Part shown: positions 51,051 through 61,863 of the stretch, piece after piece | Layout: each line of letters starts with the position of its first letter | Numbering within the stretch: the stretch's first letter is position 1 | DNA from: an uncultured delta proteobacterium | GTDB lineage: Bacteria; Desulfobacterota; Binatia; UBA9968 | Assembly: GCA_963728565.1 (NCBI GenBank) | Contig: CAVSLC010000028.1 | Coordinates: 102,399 to 166,398 of the forward strand | Direction: 5' to 3' | Length of the DNA: 64,000 nucleotides | The notes under the pieces: model-generated | The model's input: the letters and a program-made list of their open reading frames with translations, nothing else | Told to the model about the DNA's origin: nothing | Databases searched by the model: none | Program-made: the position numbers and the translations under genes

Positions 51051-51545
51051 CTACGATGCAAGTAATTCCTTAATCCTGGACCTCACAGTTTCGAAGCGAT
51101 CTTCAATGTCTCTGACGGCCAAACCCGGTAGCTGCATAGACAGCAACAACAAGACCGCGCAACGAGCGTGCATGGCCTTTGATTTCACTGCCGCATGGGA
51201 GAGATGTTCATCGACCCAACAGCGACCAATGATTAAACCGAAACATAACGCTTGTTCCTCTCCCTCGAAGCTCTGATTGCCGTTCTTCATTTCATGATAA
51301 TAGGAGTTGTTCCAGTCATCGTCGCCGAAAACATCCTGAACAACACCGGCGTAGGGCATCCAGACTCCAAGGTGTTCATCATAGTAGGGTCGAGAAAATA
51401 AGGTATGTTTCCTATAGCGTGAGGCCGTCGTGCGAGGAACTCCCATATTCGAGGCGCGCGCTGGCCGGTTCGAACGATGGTCCATAGGTTTTGTTCCCTC
51501 CACCCACCACCCTCGCCTACTCAATGATTGATTGCTGTCTAACAT
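51051..51545 (-). CDS. Hypothetical protein (boundaries uncertain)
   Basis: 164-aa ORF with GGAGG upstream; protein-like core YRKHTLFSRPYYD..WMPYA..WVDEHL. Confidence 0.4.
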   Translation of the reverse strand: MLDSNQSLSRRGWWVEGTKPMDHRSNRPARASNMGVPRTTASRYRKHTLFSRPYYDEHLGVWMPYAGVVQDVFGDDDWNNSYYHEMKNGNQSFEGEEQALCFGLIIGRCWVDEHLSHAAVKSKAMHARCAVLLLLSMQLPGLAVRDIEDRFETVRSRIKELLAS

Positions 51546-51930
51546 TAGACACTTTCTAACGGCCTCCTTCTGTTTGCATTCGCGGGATCAAAAAGCACCG
51601 ATGGGCGTCCGAGGTAAAGTGAGCTGCCGGTTTAATCTGCTACACTGCGCAGCATGTCTTGCGGACACTTGGATTCCACTCTCGGCAAAACTTCATAACA
51701 GACGCAGGATGATCTCAAACAACCGCTCGCGCTTGAACGGCCAGCCAGGACCGGTGCTTGAAATAGGAGTCCTCGATGGGAGTCTGCTCTACAGATCACC
51801 ATATTCTCATTCTACAGCTCCTCAATTCACAACCGATGGGGCTGGTCGGTTGTCGCCTGGTGGGTGGAGGATGATCGGCAGAAGTTGGGTCGATCAAGAA
51901 CCGGTTTCAGCAAGTTGAGTCGATCGGCAG

Positions 51931-52596
51931 CTACTCAGCGTTGGGCGCTCGCCAACCCTCGGCGTAGCGAAGCTCGCTGAAAGCCAGTGGCTCAGCGCGA
52001 CCTGGCTCTCGGACAAGATGCCAGAGATGGTCGTATTCAGTGCGAGGGTAGCAGCTATTATCAGTGCAAGGTACGCACCTGCTACCGGCAGTGCAGGACT
52101 GGCCAGCTGCCGCAACGGGGATGCCCAGTCGATTCAGAATTGCAAAAATATTCTCGCTGTTCAGCGCGGCAAGCGCTACGCTCCCGGGTGGCAAGTTAAG
52201 CAAGGCTGTTGAGATCGGCTCTATCGGGGCTCGGCGAGAGGTTTGCTCTGTCACCGGTTCCGCATCGAGGGTTGAGCCGGGCACAGGCAACTGGATCACC
52301 GCGAGGCCCTGCGCCGACGCAATGGCTTCAACCATCTGGCGAGACCGACTGGTGTGGCTCGAGAAGATATGCGTAAACCTTACCCCGCGTAGCGTCTGAA
52401 CCAATAACTCCGCTCGCTGGCGCCCTGCCGCAGTCAGCGGCAAGGCCGGCTGCGAACTATCCGTCTCGGAGTGTCGAACAACGAAAATGGAAACCGGCTG
52501 CGCTTGAGCGTGCGCCTGATCCTGCGGTAAGAATTGGGCGCCGATGATGAGAAATGCGGTGACCAGGGTATTGCGACCAATGTTGCGAATGCGCAT
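51931..52596 (-). CDS. Secreted histidine phosphatase family protein
   Basis: Signal peptide (AHA-QA), VVRHSE, LTAAGRQRA, SSHTSRSRQ. Confidence 0.82.
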   Translation of the reverse strand: MRIRNIGRNTLVTAFLIIGAQFLPQDQAHAQAQPVSIFVVRHSETDSSQPALPLTAAGRQRAELLVQTLRGVRFTHIFSSHTSRSRQMVEAIASAQGLAVIQLPVPGSTLDAEPVTEQTSRRAPIEPISTALLNLPPGSVALAALNSENIFAILNRLGIPVAAAGQSCTAGSRCVPCTDNSCYPRTEYDHLWHLVREPGRAEPLAFSELRYAEGWRAPNAE

Positions 52597-52925
52597 ATAG
52601 CACCTCCAGTGCGTTGATGAATCGCTGTGAAAACTTTCGGGTGAGCGATCCCGCCTTCATTTTACCCGGGGGCTTAGCGTCCATTCAGTTGTCAATGTTT
52701 TCCGGGCCCGATCTCCGGCTCGACTTAAACAGCTCGGCCTCGACCGATCACGTGATGCGAACAAGAGTTCACCATACAAGGATCAGTCACGGATGCTGTC
52801 TTGTAGTGGACAACTTAGAGAGATTATCGTGAAACATAGATCTACTTACCGAATGCGGAGCATGTCACGCATCCTAAGGGGCTAGAACTATTAATTGCTG
52901 ACAGAGGAGTTCTGGGCGAGCGACC

Positions 52926-53715
52926 TCAACCAGGTAGCGACACTTCATCACCGACGCGTATCCGGCCGCCGGCGCCAGTCGGCATCATCGCCACGGCAAA
53001 TGTTGGGTTCTCCTGGCCTAGCTTCTGGGTCAAGATCGTGAGAATGGCTAGATCCCGTTGGCCTGTTGTGGGATTCGCATGGGTGGCGAGGCACCTGGTC
53101 TTCGGTTTGACAACGTCAAACTCGAGCGCGCCAATCCGGACCTTTCTACCTACCCAGGATTGCTCCTCCCAAGCTGTCAGACCGTCAATCGCAATGTTCG
53201 AGCGAAAGCGTAGCTCGCTAACCTCGTTGCCAACCGCGGCTTGTACTGCTTCAAGACTTCCCCGTCCGTGCAATGTGATCCGACCTGCCTGTTCGTCGTG
53301 GTATCGCGGTGAATGGCCGTCGCCGATCACGCGTAGAGGTAACCGCTCGGGGTGATCTGTGAGAGGATTGACGTCGAGCTTGATCACGTATCCGGCCAAC
53401 ACTGCGGCGAGGCGCTGCCTGCCTTGCGAATTCAATGGTTCATCGAACAAGACCGAAGTTCCCAAGCTGACGCGCAACCGAAGTGACTTTTCGTCAAACC
53501 TGACGTTGAGACGGGCCAAACCCGGCGTATTTATCAGCGCCACCATACCGAGTTTCCGGCTCCAGGCATCGTCAGCCGCTTCGCGTATCGGCAAACCTTA
53601 CGCCGAGAACTCGATCGCCGGCGATTCTCCCTTCATCGAGTACCGTCAGCGTATCGCAGGCTTCAGGCGTGAAACCCTTTACCGGATAGCGGTACAACGC
53701 GACTACATGCGCCAT
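52926..53715 (-). CDS. MOSC domain protein (frameshift near 53597)
   Basis: LYRYPVKG, GDR, RFRSNI, EQSWVG, RCLATHANP.TG.RD, IRVGDEV. Confidence 0.85.
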
Positions 53716-53846
53716 CGGCAACTCCTTTTCTGAAGTTCGTTCATGACACCTCACCATTACGTCAACAGGCGAGTGGCAGCATATAAAATGCCAACAGTAC
53801 CGACGATCAAATCGGTGGCGTGATCGCCGAGCACAATATGCAACCC

Positions 53847-54278
53847 TCACCCGATCTCGGCGACTAACTCCTCAACCCTACGTCGCACTTCTCGATAAAC
53901 CTGGTCGGCAGATTCGTCAGCCATGCCAACGGGATCCTGAATATCCCAGAACAGGAGCTTGTTACATTCTTGCAAGTAACTCGGCCATCTCTCCTTCTCC
54001 GCTATGACGACGACGAGATCCGCTGTGTTGATCATTTCAGGGATCAGTTGTTGCTTCTCTTTTTCGCCGATGTCTCTATCCAACTCTCTTTTGAGGTACC
54101 GCAATGAACTCTGGTTCGGATTATCTTTGAGTTTTCTGCTCGCAAGCTTCATTGCTGCCAGCTTCTCATTGACCGCGATTCCCGCGCTCTCGCAATCATG
54201 CTTCGACAGTTTTTCGAAATATGCATGAGCTACCTGACTTCGGCCGACATTGGCATAACAGATAAAGAGCACTTTCAT
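53847..54278 (-). CDS. LMW protein-tyrosine phosphatase / ArsC-like protein
   Basis: MKVLFICYANVGRSQ (CX5R), SAG, WDIQDP. Confidence 0.88.
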   Translation of the reverse strand: MKVLFICYANVGRSQVAHAYFEKLSKHDCESAGIAVNEKLAAMKLASRKLKDNPNQSSLRYLKRELDRDIGEKEKQQLIPEMINTADLVVVIAEKERWPSYLQECNKLLFWDIQDPVGMADESADQVYREVRRRVEELVAEIG

Positions 54279-54431
54279 ACGGTTCCTTGTAAGCTGAGGA
54301 TTGAGCTGACCACGTCTCCGTTCAACCCGTTGGAGACTGCGTTGAAGGGGAATTCCGTTAGACAGGGAAAGTCTGCCGCGCCTCGCGACCCGCTCACCGA
54401 GACGGATATCACCGGTCCATAGACATCTCTC

Positions 54432-55208
54432 TTATTCTGGCACCGTGCCGCGAACAGCCCAAGCTTTAGCTTTGAGCATAAATCGTCCATCAGTACGATC
54501 TCCAATAACATTCTGTCGTAACTGGTTGCGCAGCGCCGTTCGGTGATCTTCTGAAATACGGCGGACATAAGCTCCAGCAGGTCCTTGCCCTTCGGTGAGC
54601 GGTTGCCAGAGATCGTCGAAAGAGTCGAAGCCGCATTCGAAGACGATGTTCTTCACTTCAATGTTTTCAAGTCCGACCGAAGCCCACAGCGACGATAGCT
54701 CCTCTGCGGTGCCATACGAACCCGGCTGATCCTTGTCCTGAGGCGCGTTGGGATCAAATGGGAGTGCCGCCTCCCATAACGAATCATTCAAATCGTTGCC
54801 ACCAGTGTTGTCCCACATTGCGGTTGCAACTACGCCGCCGGGCCGGGTGACACGCCGCATCTCTTTCGCGGCTTGAGGCGCGTCGGGAATAAATCTCATT
54901 ACGAGCAAAGCCAAACATTGATCGAAAGAAGCATCCGAAAAAGGTAGATGCTGCGCATCTCCTGAGTCGAAACTTATGCGCGGATCGTCCGTCTTGGAGC
55001 GCGCATAAGCTACAAAGGCCTCGGACAGGTCGATCCCGACTATTTTTGATACCGACTGGTTTTTCGCGATAGCAAAAGTTAATGCGCCGGTACCGCAGCC
55101 GACATCGAGTATTTCACCTTGAACGCCGACAAACTCGGCGAACAATGGCGCCAACAGCTTACTTGAGCGCCCTCTTTGCCTTTCGTATGCTTCAGCAACT
55201 TCGAACAT
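54432..55208 (-). CDS. Class I SAM-dependent methyltransferase
   Basis: ILDVGCGTG, GDAQHLPF, EMRRVTRPGG. Confidence 0.92.
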   Translation of the reverse strand: MFEVAEAYERQRGRSSKLLAPLFAEFVGVQGEILDVGCGTGALTFAIAKNQSVSKIVGIDLSEAFVAYARSKTDDPRISFDSGDAQHLPFSDASFDQCLALLVMRFIPDAPQAAKEMRRVTRPGGVVATAMWDNTGGNDLNDSLWEAALPFDPNAPQDKDQPGSYGTAEELSSLWASVGLENIEVKNIVFECGFDSFDDLWQPLTEGQGPAGAYVRRISEDHRTALRNQLRQNVIGDRTDGRFMLKAKAWAVRGTVPE

Positions 55209-55285
55209 AACGCCTCCGTTAGATGTCGGCTATTCTTAGCGTTTATGAGTTAACGTTGAGGGCTTTTATTTCGTACCGCGCAGCA

Positions 55286-56257
55286 TTAATCGAATACGAA
55301 CAGCTCTTCCGGTTTGACCGCGCGAGGCGAGAAACCCTGCTCGTAGACATACTGGCCGATAGCCTCCAACGCGGGACGGTTCGCTTCCAAACCATAGGCC
55401 CAGAAATCCTTCCCCAACACGCGCCAGGTCTCCTCAAGATGGCTGATGAGCCAAGGAAGGGAGAGGCGCAGCGCGTCTGTGTCATAGAGTTCGTTGACTG
55501 CTAGATCGCGAGCCTCGCAGAAGGCCTTATATATACTCCCGGTCACCCATGGATGTTGCCGATAGATATCGTCCCGAACCACCACTGTGTGCATAATCGG
55601 AAAGATCCGTGTGCGACGATAATAATCCTGCTCCACCTCATAGTAGTTCGGAAACAGGCGCGCTATGCGCCGCGACTCTTTCTGAAAGATGGACGGGATG
55701 TACAACGCGAACAAAGCGTCGAGTTCTCCGGTTTCCAACATTCCCTCCAACGTGCGGTCCAAGGGTAGATAATCAACCTTGATTGTCGCTGGTAGGCTCA
55801 ATGGAAACAGGGGTGGCGAAGTCGGCGCATCCAATCCGCCAATGAACCAGTGGATATCCTCAAGCCGGACGCCGTACTCGTGGTGCATCATCCCGTTCAT
55901 GAAAACGGTTCCTGTCGACCCGAGTTGAGTAGTCCCCACCCGCTTGCCCCGCAAGTCCTGGGGACTCTTAATGCCTGCATCCGTCCGCACGTAAATACAC
56001 GAGTGACGGAAGATTTTGGACAGCGCGATGGGCACTGCCACGAACGGACAGCTGCCACGGCCTTTGAGAGTTACGTAGGAACCAAGCGATAGCTCGGAAA
56101 TTTCAAACTCTTTTTTCTCCAGCATCCGAGGGAACATTTCGCGAGGCCGCATGACCTTTATGTCTAGATCGATTCCTTCGGGTTTAACCCGCCCGTCGAT
56201 CAGCGGCCGAGTACGATCATAGTCCCAACATGCAAGAGTAAGTTTGAGATTTGACAT
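55286..56257 (-). CDS. 4,5-dihydroxyphthalate decarboxylase-like / PBP2-fold protein
   Basis: LTLACWDYDRTRPL, ELSL, FRHS, GELDA, IFPIMH, WAYG..NR. Confidence 0.8.
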   Translation of the reverse strand: MSNLKLTLACWDYDRTRPLIDGRVKPEGIDLDIKVMRPREMFPRMLEKKEFEISELSLGSYVTLKGRGSCPFVAVPIALSKIFRHSCIYVRTDAGIKSPQDLRGKRVGTTQLGSTGTVFMNGMMHHEYGVRLEDIHWFIGGLDAPTSPPLFPLSLPATIKVDYLPLDRTLEGMLETGELDALFALYIPSIFQKESRRIARLFPNYYEVEQDYYRRTRIFPIMHTVVVRDDIYRQHPWVTGSIYKAFCEARDLAVNELYDTDALRLSLPWLISHLEETWRVLGKDFWAYGLEANRPALEAIGQYVYEQGFSPRAVKPEELFVFD

Positions 56258-56544
56258 CTGGCACCTATTCTGCCCGCATCCGGGGTAAATCGAGTCGATA
56301 CATAGATACTTCGCTACTCATACTCCTCCACCCGGAAGAGCACACTCCGATCCGAACGCATCTCGTTATCCGCAGAGAAAATCCGAGACAATTTCAAGTT
56401 TCTGCTGTCGAATCCTAATACACTTTCGTGTGCCCAAATTTTAAGAGCCAGTTACGTCGTCGCGTTATTCGGCGACTCTTATTATGGCACCAAAGCTACG
56501 CTGCAGCACTACAAGAGGCGGAGAGGCACGCCGCAAGCGTAGGC

Positions 56545-56575
56545 TGTGGGCAGTCCGCTCAATACGCTGTTAGGC
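56545..56575 (-). mobile_element. Half attC-like site downstream of an O-methyltransferase gene
   Basis: Minus: GCCTAAC-AGCGT-ATTGAGCGGACTGCCCACAGC starting 11 nt after the stop; right arm not found. Confidence 0.45.
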
Positions 56576-56586
56576 ATATTAGTCGC

Positions 56587-57576
56587 TCACGTTGCTTTCT
56601 CGGCCACAAGCAAGCTGGTCGGACCCGCCAGCGGCTTGTGTTCTAGCATCCGCCATCCGGTTGCCTGAACCCAGTCACGCACTTCCTCTGCACTGTACAC
56701 GTCGCCTTCACCCGTCCCGAGCAAAAACGTGCCGGCCATGAGCGCTGCCATAACTGGCTGCGTATGAGTCGGATCCGTCCAGAAGTCGACAAGCAATAGT
56801 CGGGCAGCAGCCGGCGCACATGCGCATACACGCTCAAGCAAGATCCGGTTACGCTCTGGTGAAAAGTTATGAAAGACGTTGCCGAGGAGTATCACATCGT
56901 GATCATGTGGAATTGGGTCTGTGAAAAAGTCGCCCTCTATAATGCTCAGCCGCGTTGCTATGGCGTTGCCGGCCAGCCGCTGACGCGCCAGCGCTGCGAC
57001 TGCGGACATGTCAAACAGTGTCGCCTGTATGTTTGTATGCTCACGCAACACGGCAACCAGAAACGAACCAATGCCACCTCCAAGATCCAACAGCTTCCGG
57101 TGCCGAGCGAAATCATACGTCGTGGCCAGTGCCTGCGCAGTCCCTGCGGTTATCGCTTCGACACCCTGTGTATAGAGCTGTTGTTCCTCAGTGGTGAAGA
57201 CAAACTCCCCGAAAACGGCCTTTTCAGTACGTACTACCTCTTCCAATTGGGTCCACCGTGGGTAACCGAGATGATTCCAGTATCGCAAGGCTGGTCTTAA
57301 ATCCGAAGGCGTGCGGCCGCTCAGAAATGTGGACGACACAGGGGTGTTCTGGTACCGACCGTCCTCCCGCTCGAGCAACCCCACAGCGACCATCGCATCC
57401 GCGAGTATGCGGAGCGTGCGGCGCGGGACGCCTGTTCGTTGAGCCAAACCGTCCAGCGTGGCTGGCGATGCCGCAAGTGCCGCAAAGAGGCCGATCTCAT
57501 TGGCCACAAAGAGGTGCTTCGCCGCCATGAAACCATTAGCGATTTGAAAGATCAGATCAGGGGCGATGTCAGCCAT
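56587..57576 (-). CDS. O-methyltransferase (dimerisation + Methyltransf_2)
   Basis: Winged-helix N domain, LLDLGGGIG, GDFF, NVFHN. Confidence 0.9.
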   Translation of the reverse strand: MADIAPDLIFQIANGFMAAKHLFVANEIGLFAALAASPATLDGLAQRTGVPRRTLRILADAMVAVGLLEREDGRYQNTPVSSTFLSGRTPSDLRPALRYWNHLGYPRWTQLEEVVRTEKAVFGEFVFTTEEQQLYTQGVEAITAGTAQALATTYDFARHRKLLDLGGGIGSFLVAVLREHTNIQATLFDMSAVAALARQRLAGNAIATRLSIIEGDFFTDPIPHDHDVILLGNVFHNFSPERNRILLERVCACAPAAARLLLVDFWTDPTHTQPVMAALMAGTFLLGTGEGDVYSAEEVRDWVQATGWRMLEHKPLAGPTSLLVAEKAT

Positions 57577-57729
57577 AGCACACCTCCTTAATTCCTCGCA
57601 CGTCCTCGAATGCCTTTTGTGCTTTACCGTCAGTATTTACTAGTAGAGGACAGCTATGAGTCACCGTTGTGCGAGATTGAACGAGACGAGCTTCGCATGT
57701 CGCGCGAGTCATCTCTCTTGCCGATCGAT

Positions 57730-58509
57730 TTATGGAACTCTCCCCTTCACCGCCCACGCCTTTGCTTGAAGCGAAAACGGCCGGTCAGCGTCCCCGTGTA
57801 GAACATCGTGCCGCAATCTCTGTCTCAGCGCTTCACGATGATCGTCCTTCAGACCGAGCACGTAAGCTCCTCCAGGACCTTCACCAGTGAGAAAACGACG
57901 CCACAGCTCATTGAAAGACGAGTACTCGCACGGCATCGTTAACTCAGTTACTTCAATGTGGGTCAGACCGGCTCCGGTCAATAAAGCTGAAAGCGCTTCC
58001 GCAGAACCGTACGAGCCTCGCCTTGCCGAGGGCGGCGTCACTGTCGGATCGATTGCTACCGCGGCGTCCCACAGGCAGTGATTCAATTCATTAGCACGGC
58101 CGCCGGCCCACATAGTAATTGCGACTATCCCACCGGATTTCGTGACTCGGCGCATTTCTTTCGCAGCCTTAGGAGCATCGGGGATAAAGTTAACAACCAG
58201 CAGGGCCATGGTTCGATCGAATGACTTGTCCGGATACGGGAGGCTCTGGGCATCTCCGACGTCAAACGTCACATGAGGTTCTTTGACTTGAGCTTGGGCA
58301 TATTCAATGAATCCGCTGGAAGGATCGATGCCGATGATCTTTGACGCACGCGTGACTCTTGCCAAAGTCGCTGACAGGGAGCCGGTGCCGCAGCCGACGT
58401 CAAGCACCTTTTCACCATCCTGCACACCGACAAACTCCAAAAACAAAGGCGCTAACTGCCGGCTCCACCGCCCCATCATTTCTTCGTAACCTTCGGCAAC
58501 TTCGAACAT
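57730..58509 (-). CDS. Class I SAM-dependent methyltransferase (paralog of 54432-55208)
   Basis: Same MFEVAE start, VLDVGCGTG, EMRRVT..GG, AKAWAV.G.VP end. Confidence 0.92.
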   Translation of the reverse strand: MFEVAEGYEEMMGRWSRQLAPLFLEFVGVQDGEKVLDVGCGTGSLSATLARVTRASKIIGIDPSSGFIEYAQAQVKEPHVTFDVGDAQSLPYPDKSFDRTMALLVVNFIPDAPKAAKEMRRVTKSGGIVAITMWAGGRANELNHCLWDAAVAIDPTVTPPSARRGSYGSAEALSALLTGAGLTHIEVTELTMPCEYSSFNELWRRFLTGEGPGGAYVLGLKDDHREALRQRLRHDVLHGDADRPFSLQAKAWAVKGRVP

Positions 58510-58624
58510 CGGTCCTCCCGTGCACTCGATTGCTATGAGTGGTTTACATCATCAGCCAAGGGCAGACTTGAAACCGCATGATAGATTTAAAGACACTCAG
58601 TGCAACCGTACCAGACTCTTTCGG

Positions 58625-59662
58625 TCAGATTATTCTCGTTGTTTGAGATTTCCCTGACTCAATTCTCTTTCGCGCCGTCATCAGACCGCTGCCATCCTCC
58701 AGCAAAAAATTGGCGCGTTCGATATCAATGAATCCTGCGTCAGTTAACCAGCCTCGGTGTTCACTTTCGGTGTAAGATTCACCGGCATCGTAGTGGTTTA
58801 TAAAATTGAGATTGGTTCCTACGGCTCCTAGCGGAGATCTGCGAGAATCGTCAAGAATCTGACCGATAACGTAGATCTTGCCACCCGGTTTAAGCGCCGC
58901 GGCTATGTGCTTTAACGCGAGATTCGCATCCTGTGGAGACAAGACTTGCAGAAACGATCGCAAGATAGCAACGTCATACTCACCTGCTAACGGGCCGCTC
59001 AGCACATCCGCCGCGACAACTTTAACCCGCTCCGTCACTCCTTCCTCTGCGACAATCTTTTGCGCAATCGGTGCGACCTGCGGTAAATCAATTGCTGTTG
59101 CCGCTATCTTGGGGAAAGCCTTGGTTAACGTTATGGCGACCCCTGCGCCTCCGCTACCCACGTCTAGAAGTGTCCGGACAGATGAAAAATCATACTTCTC
59201 TACCAGGGTGCGCGCCGATGGTACGGTGTTCGCGTTGATGCTGCGGAGGAATGTTTCGACATCTTCTTGCGAAGAATTCGAAAAATCCATCTTTGCCTGA
59301 GGCGCTCCGCTACGAATAGACTCCGCGGTTTTCAGATAGGCCGTCCACGTCATCGCTATGGTAGCGTGTTTGTCGCCTAGGTAGGAGGGGCGACCCTTTA
59401 CCAGGAAGTGGTTGGCTTCGGCGGTGTTTGAGAAACGTCCGTCCTGCTCGGTCAACAGACCAGCAGTAACTAAGACATACAGGAGGAGACGCAATCGTGA
59501 TGGACCCACACCAATGGCAGCGGCAACCTGCTCTGCAGTCAGCGGGCCGTCTTTCATCGGCGTGAATACATCAAGCTGCATACCGGAAAGCATTGCGAAA
59601 GCTCCGTTAGCCGCAGATCTCAGCTTGTTAATCGTTTCGGGGCGAGGGGTTGAATCTTCCAT
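58625..59662 (-). CDS. O-methyltransferase (dimerisation + Methyltransf_2)
   Basis: MQLDVFT, LLDVGSGGAG, LKPGG. Confidence 0.9.
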   Translation of the reverse strand: MEDSTPRPETINKLRSAANGAFAMLSGMQLDVFTPMKDGPLTAEQVAAAIGVGPSRLRLLLYVLVTAGLLTEQDGRFSNTAEANHFLVKGRPSYLGDKHATIAMTWTAYLKTAESIRSGAPQAKMDFSNSSQEDVETFLRSINANTVPSARTLVEKYDFSSVRTLLDVGSGGAGVAITLTKAFPKIAATAIDLPQVAPIAQKIVAEEGVTERVKVVAADVLSGPLAGEYDVAILRSFLQVLSPQDANLALKHIAAALKPGGKIYVIGQILDDSRRSPLGAVGTNLNFINHYDAGESYTESEHRGWLTDAGFIDIERANFLLEDGSGLMTARKRIESGKSQTTRII

Positions 59663-59721
59663 GACGGCCTTTCTTATCAATGATCGTGCTCAGAGTAGAG
59701 AGAATATTAACGATCAACAGC

Positions 59722-60255
59722 TTAGTTAAACCTAAGCCATAAAAGCGTCGGAGCATCTTCGCTCTTTGGAGATAACACAAACAAGTTGTCGTACTCTGCC
59801 TCAGGGATTTTTATCTCGACCGTGTGTCCCAATGCTGTGATCAGAGCTGGGACAGTATTGGCGTGGCCGACAAACAACACAGTATCTTCACGGTGCTGAC
59901 TACGGAGAAGCTCGACGAAAGTCGCCATATCCCTCGGCTCAAATTTTGTGCTGAGCTGCGGGAGAGGCTTCGGCTCGATACTCGAGGCGATTGCCAACGG
60001 CTCCGCTGTCTTGACGGCCCGCTGCAGGCTGCTGGTAAAGATCGCGTCGATTTCAGCATCCTTCAGAACGCTAGCAAGTAGCGTCGCCCGTCGCTGTCCG
60101 GATTCGGTCAACGGACGGTCGACCACTTCCTTCGATCTCACATCTTCTGCGTGTCGCGCCAGGAAAATCGCCTGCTGCGCGTCGGCAAGTCGGACAACAG
60201 CGAGGACGCTGCTACGCATATGATCTTGAGCATTGCTTTGTTCATACGTCTCCAT
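59722..60255 (-). CDS. Histidine phosphatase family protein (start uncertain)
   Basis: LARHAE, LTESGQRRA, TSSLQRAVKTA, VGHANT. Confidence 0.85.
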   Translation of the reverse strand: METYEQSNAQDHMRSSVLAVVRLADAQQAIFLARHAEDVRSKEVVDRPLTESGQRRATLLASVLKDAEIDAIFTSSLQRAVKTAEPLAIASSIEPKPLPQLSTKFEPRDMATFVELLRSQHREDTVLFVGHANTVPALITALGHTVEIKIPEAEYDNLFVLSPKSEDAPTLLWLRFN

Positions 60256-60602
60256 CCGAAAATGGTTACTATTTTGGCGGCCGCGTAAGCGTATGATCGG
60301 CTCATCTCCACTGGCCGTTACGATCGCATCAACTTTGAGTCGAAGAGGTCAGCTGCGAAATCGTGGCATTGCTCAGATTTGCCATCTACGAAGCGCCGTC
60401 CAACCACATGTTCCGTCCCTCGATTAGCCGAGCTGGCCTAAAGCCTTGCGGGAACGCTTCAGGGTTGACGTCCAAGCCAGAGCCTAAAGCCAAGTAGCCT
60501 ATTCGGGGGACTTTCTTCAGTTCCTGCGCCTCAGATGAGGAGCAAAACATCAAAACCATTGCAGAGACTACTACTTACTGACGTTCGACTGCTAACGCGT
60601 CC

Positions 60603-61604
60603 TCATTTAATCACCTTGTCCGCGCGCGCCAGCACGTTGGGCGGAATCGTCAGACCGATCTGCCTCGCGGCAATCAAATTAATCATAAGCTCGAACTTCG
60701 CCGGCCGCTCGACAGGCAAATCGCCTGGCTTAGCCCCTTTCAGAATCTTATGAACATACGTCGCGGCGCGGCGATTCAAGTCGGACAAGTTCACCCCGTA
60801 GCTCATAAGCCCGCCATCTTCCACAATATCTGATCTCCAGTATATCGCAGGCATCCGGCTATTCACCGCCAGCTCAGGGAATTGTGATCGCTGAGACGCG
60901 AGCACAGGCCCGCCGAGTAGTAGGAGTGCGTCGGCACGCCCTTTCGATGCGGCTTTAAAGGCACTCGCGACATCCTTAGCAGTCCGTACGTCGATGTAGT
61001 GAAGATTGACTGCAGATGCCGCTGCGGCGAGTTCGGTTTCTCTTAAAGCTTGTGCGCTGCTCGGGGTTGTTGAGGTCCCCAGGACAGCAACGCGCGCAAG
61101 CTTAGGCAGCACTTCGTTTATAAGCTCGAGTCGCTTCCCGCTTATCTCCGGCGCAAGGGTGGACAGTCCCGTAATGTTTCCGCCCGGCCGCGCAAGGCTA
61201 GCGACAAACCGGTTGCTAACCGGGTCCTGATCCTGGGTCATGACAATGGGAATCCTACTCGTCGCTGCGCGAGCGGGACCCGTTGTCCCCAAACCAGCTG
61301 TGACGATGACATCTACTTTCAGACGCACTAACTCCTCCGCGAGAGCAGGTAGTCGATCGAGCTTCCCGTCTGCAGATCGCCGCTCAATGACAATGTTCTT
61401 TCCTTCCACGTACCCAAATTCACGAAGCCCCTGGGCGAGCGCCACGTCAAGGGAAAGGGAGCCCCCACTTAAATATCCTATACGGTAGATCTTCGCTGGT
61501 TGATCGCCCTGAGCGGATATGCAAAGCGGAAACAGCAAAACGCCCATAGCAAGGCTAACTGTTGACAAACACCGAGAAATTATTCGTGTGGTCACCTTCT
61601 CCAC
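60603..61604 (-). CDS. ABC transporter substrate-binding protein
   Basis: Signal peptide, RIGYL, GYVEGKNI, SLARPGGNITG, ILKGAKPGDLPVE, TIPPNVLARADKVIK. Confidence 0.92.
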   Translation of the reverse strand: MEKVTTRIISRCLSTVSLAMGVLLFPLCISAQGDQPAKIYRIGYLSGGSLSLDVALAQGLREFGYVEGKNIVIERRSADGKLDRLPALAEELVRLKVDVIVTAGLGTTGPARAATSRIPIVMTQDQDPVSNRFVASLARPGGNITGLSTLAPEISGKRLELINEVLPKLARVAVLGTSTTPSSAQALRETELAAAASAVNLHYIDVRTAKDVASAFKAASKGRADALLLLGGPVLASQRSQFPELAVNSRMPAIYWRSDIVEDGGLMSYGVNLSDLNRRAATYVHKILKGAKPGDLPVERPAKFELMINLIAARQIGLTIPPNVLARADKVIK

Positions 61605-61863
61605 CTTAATTGCAGGACCAAACGTAAGAATATTTTTCGCCTACTCGAAGCCGCGTCCAACAGAGCAAACTAAAAGCGCGACTGGTTAGAAATCAGTCGA
61701 TCCTAAATGGAATGGCGAGGTAAAGCTTGGAGCCTGAGCTCCTGGAGCCCCGGCCTCCTGAGATTTGTTTCCCGCCTTTTGCGCCCGGTACTTTGCATCG
61801 CCTTTATTGGACAGGTCCAGAACACGTTAATACATGGTCTTGAGGCGTGTTGCTTGCCGTAAC

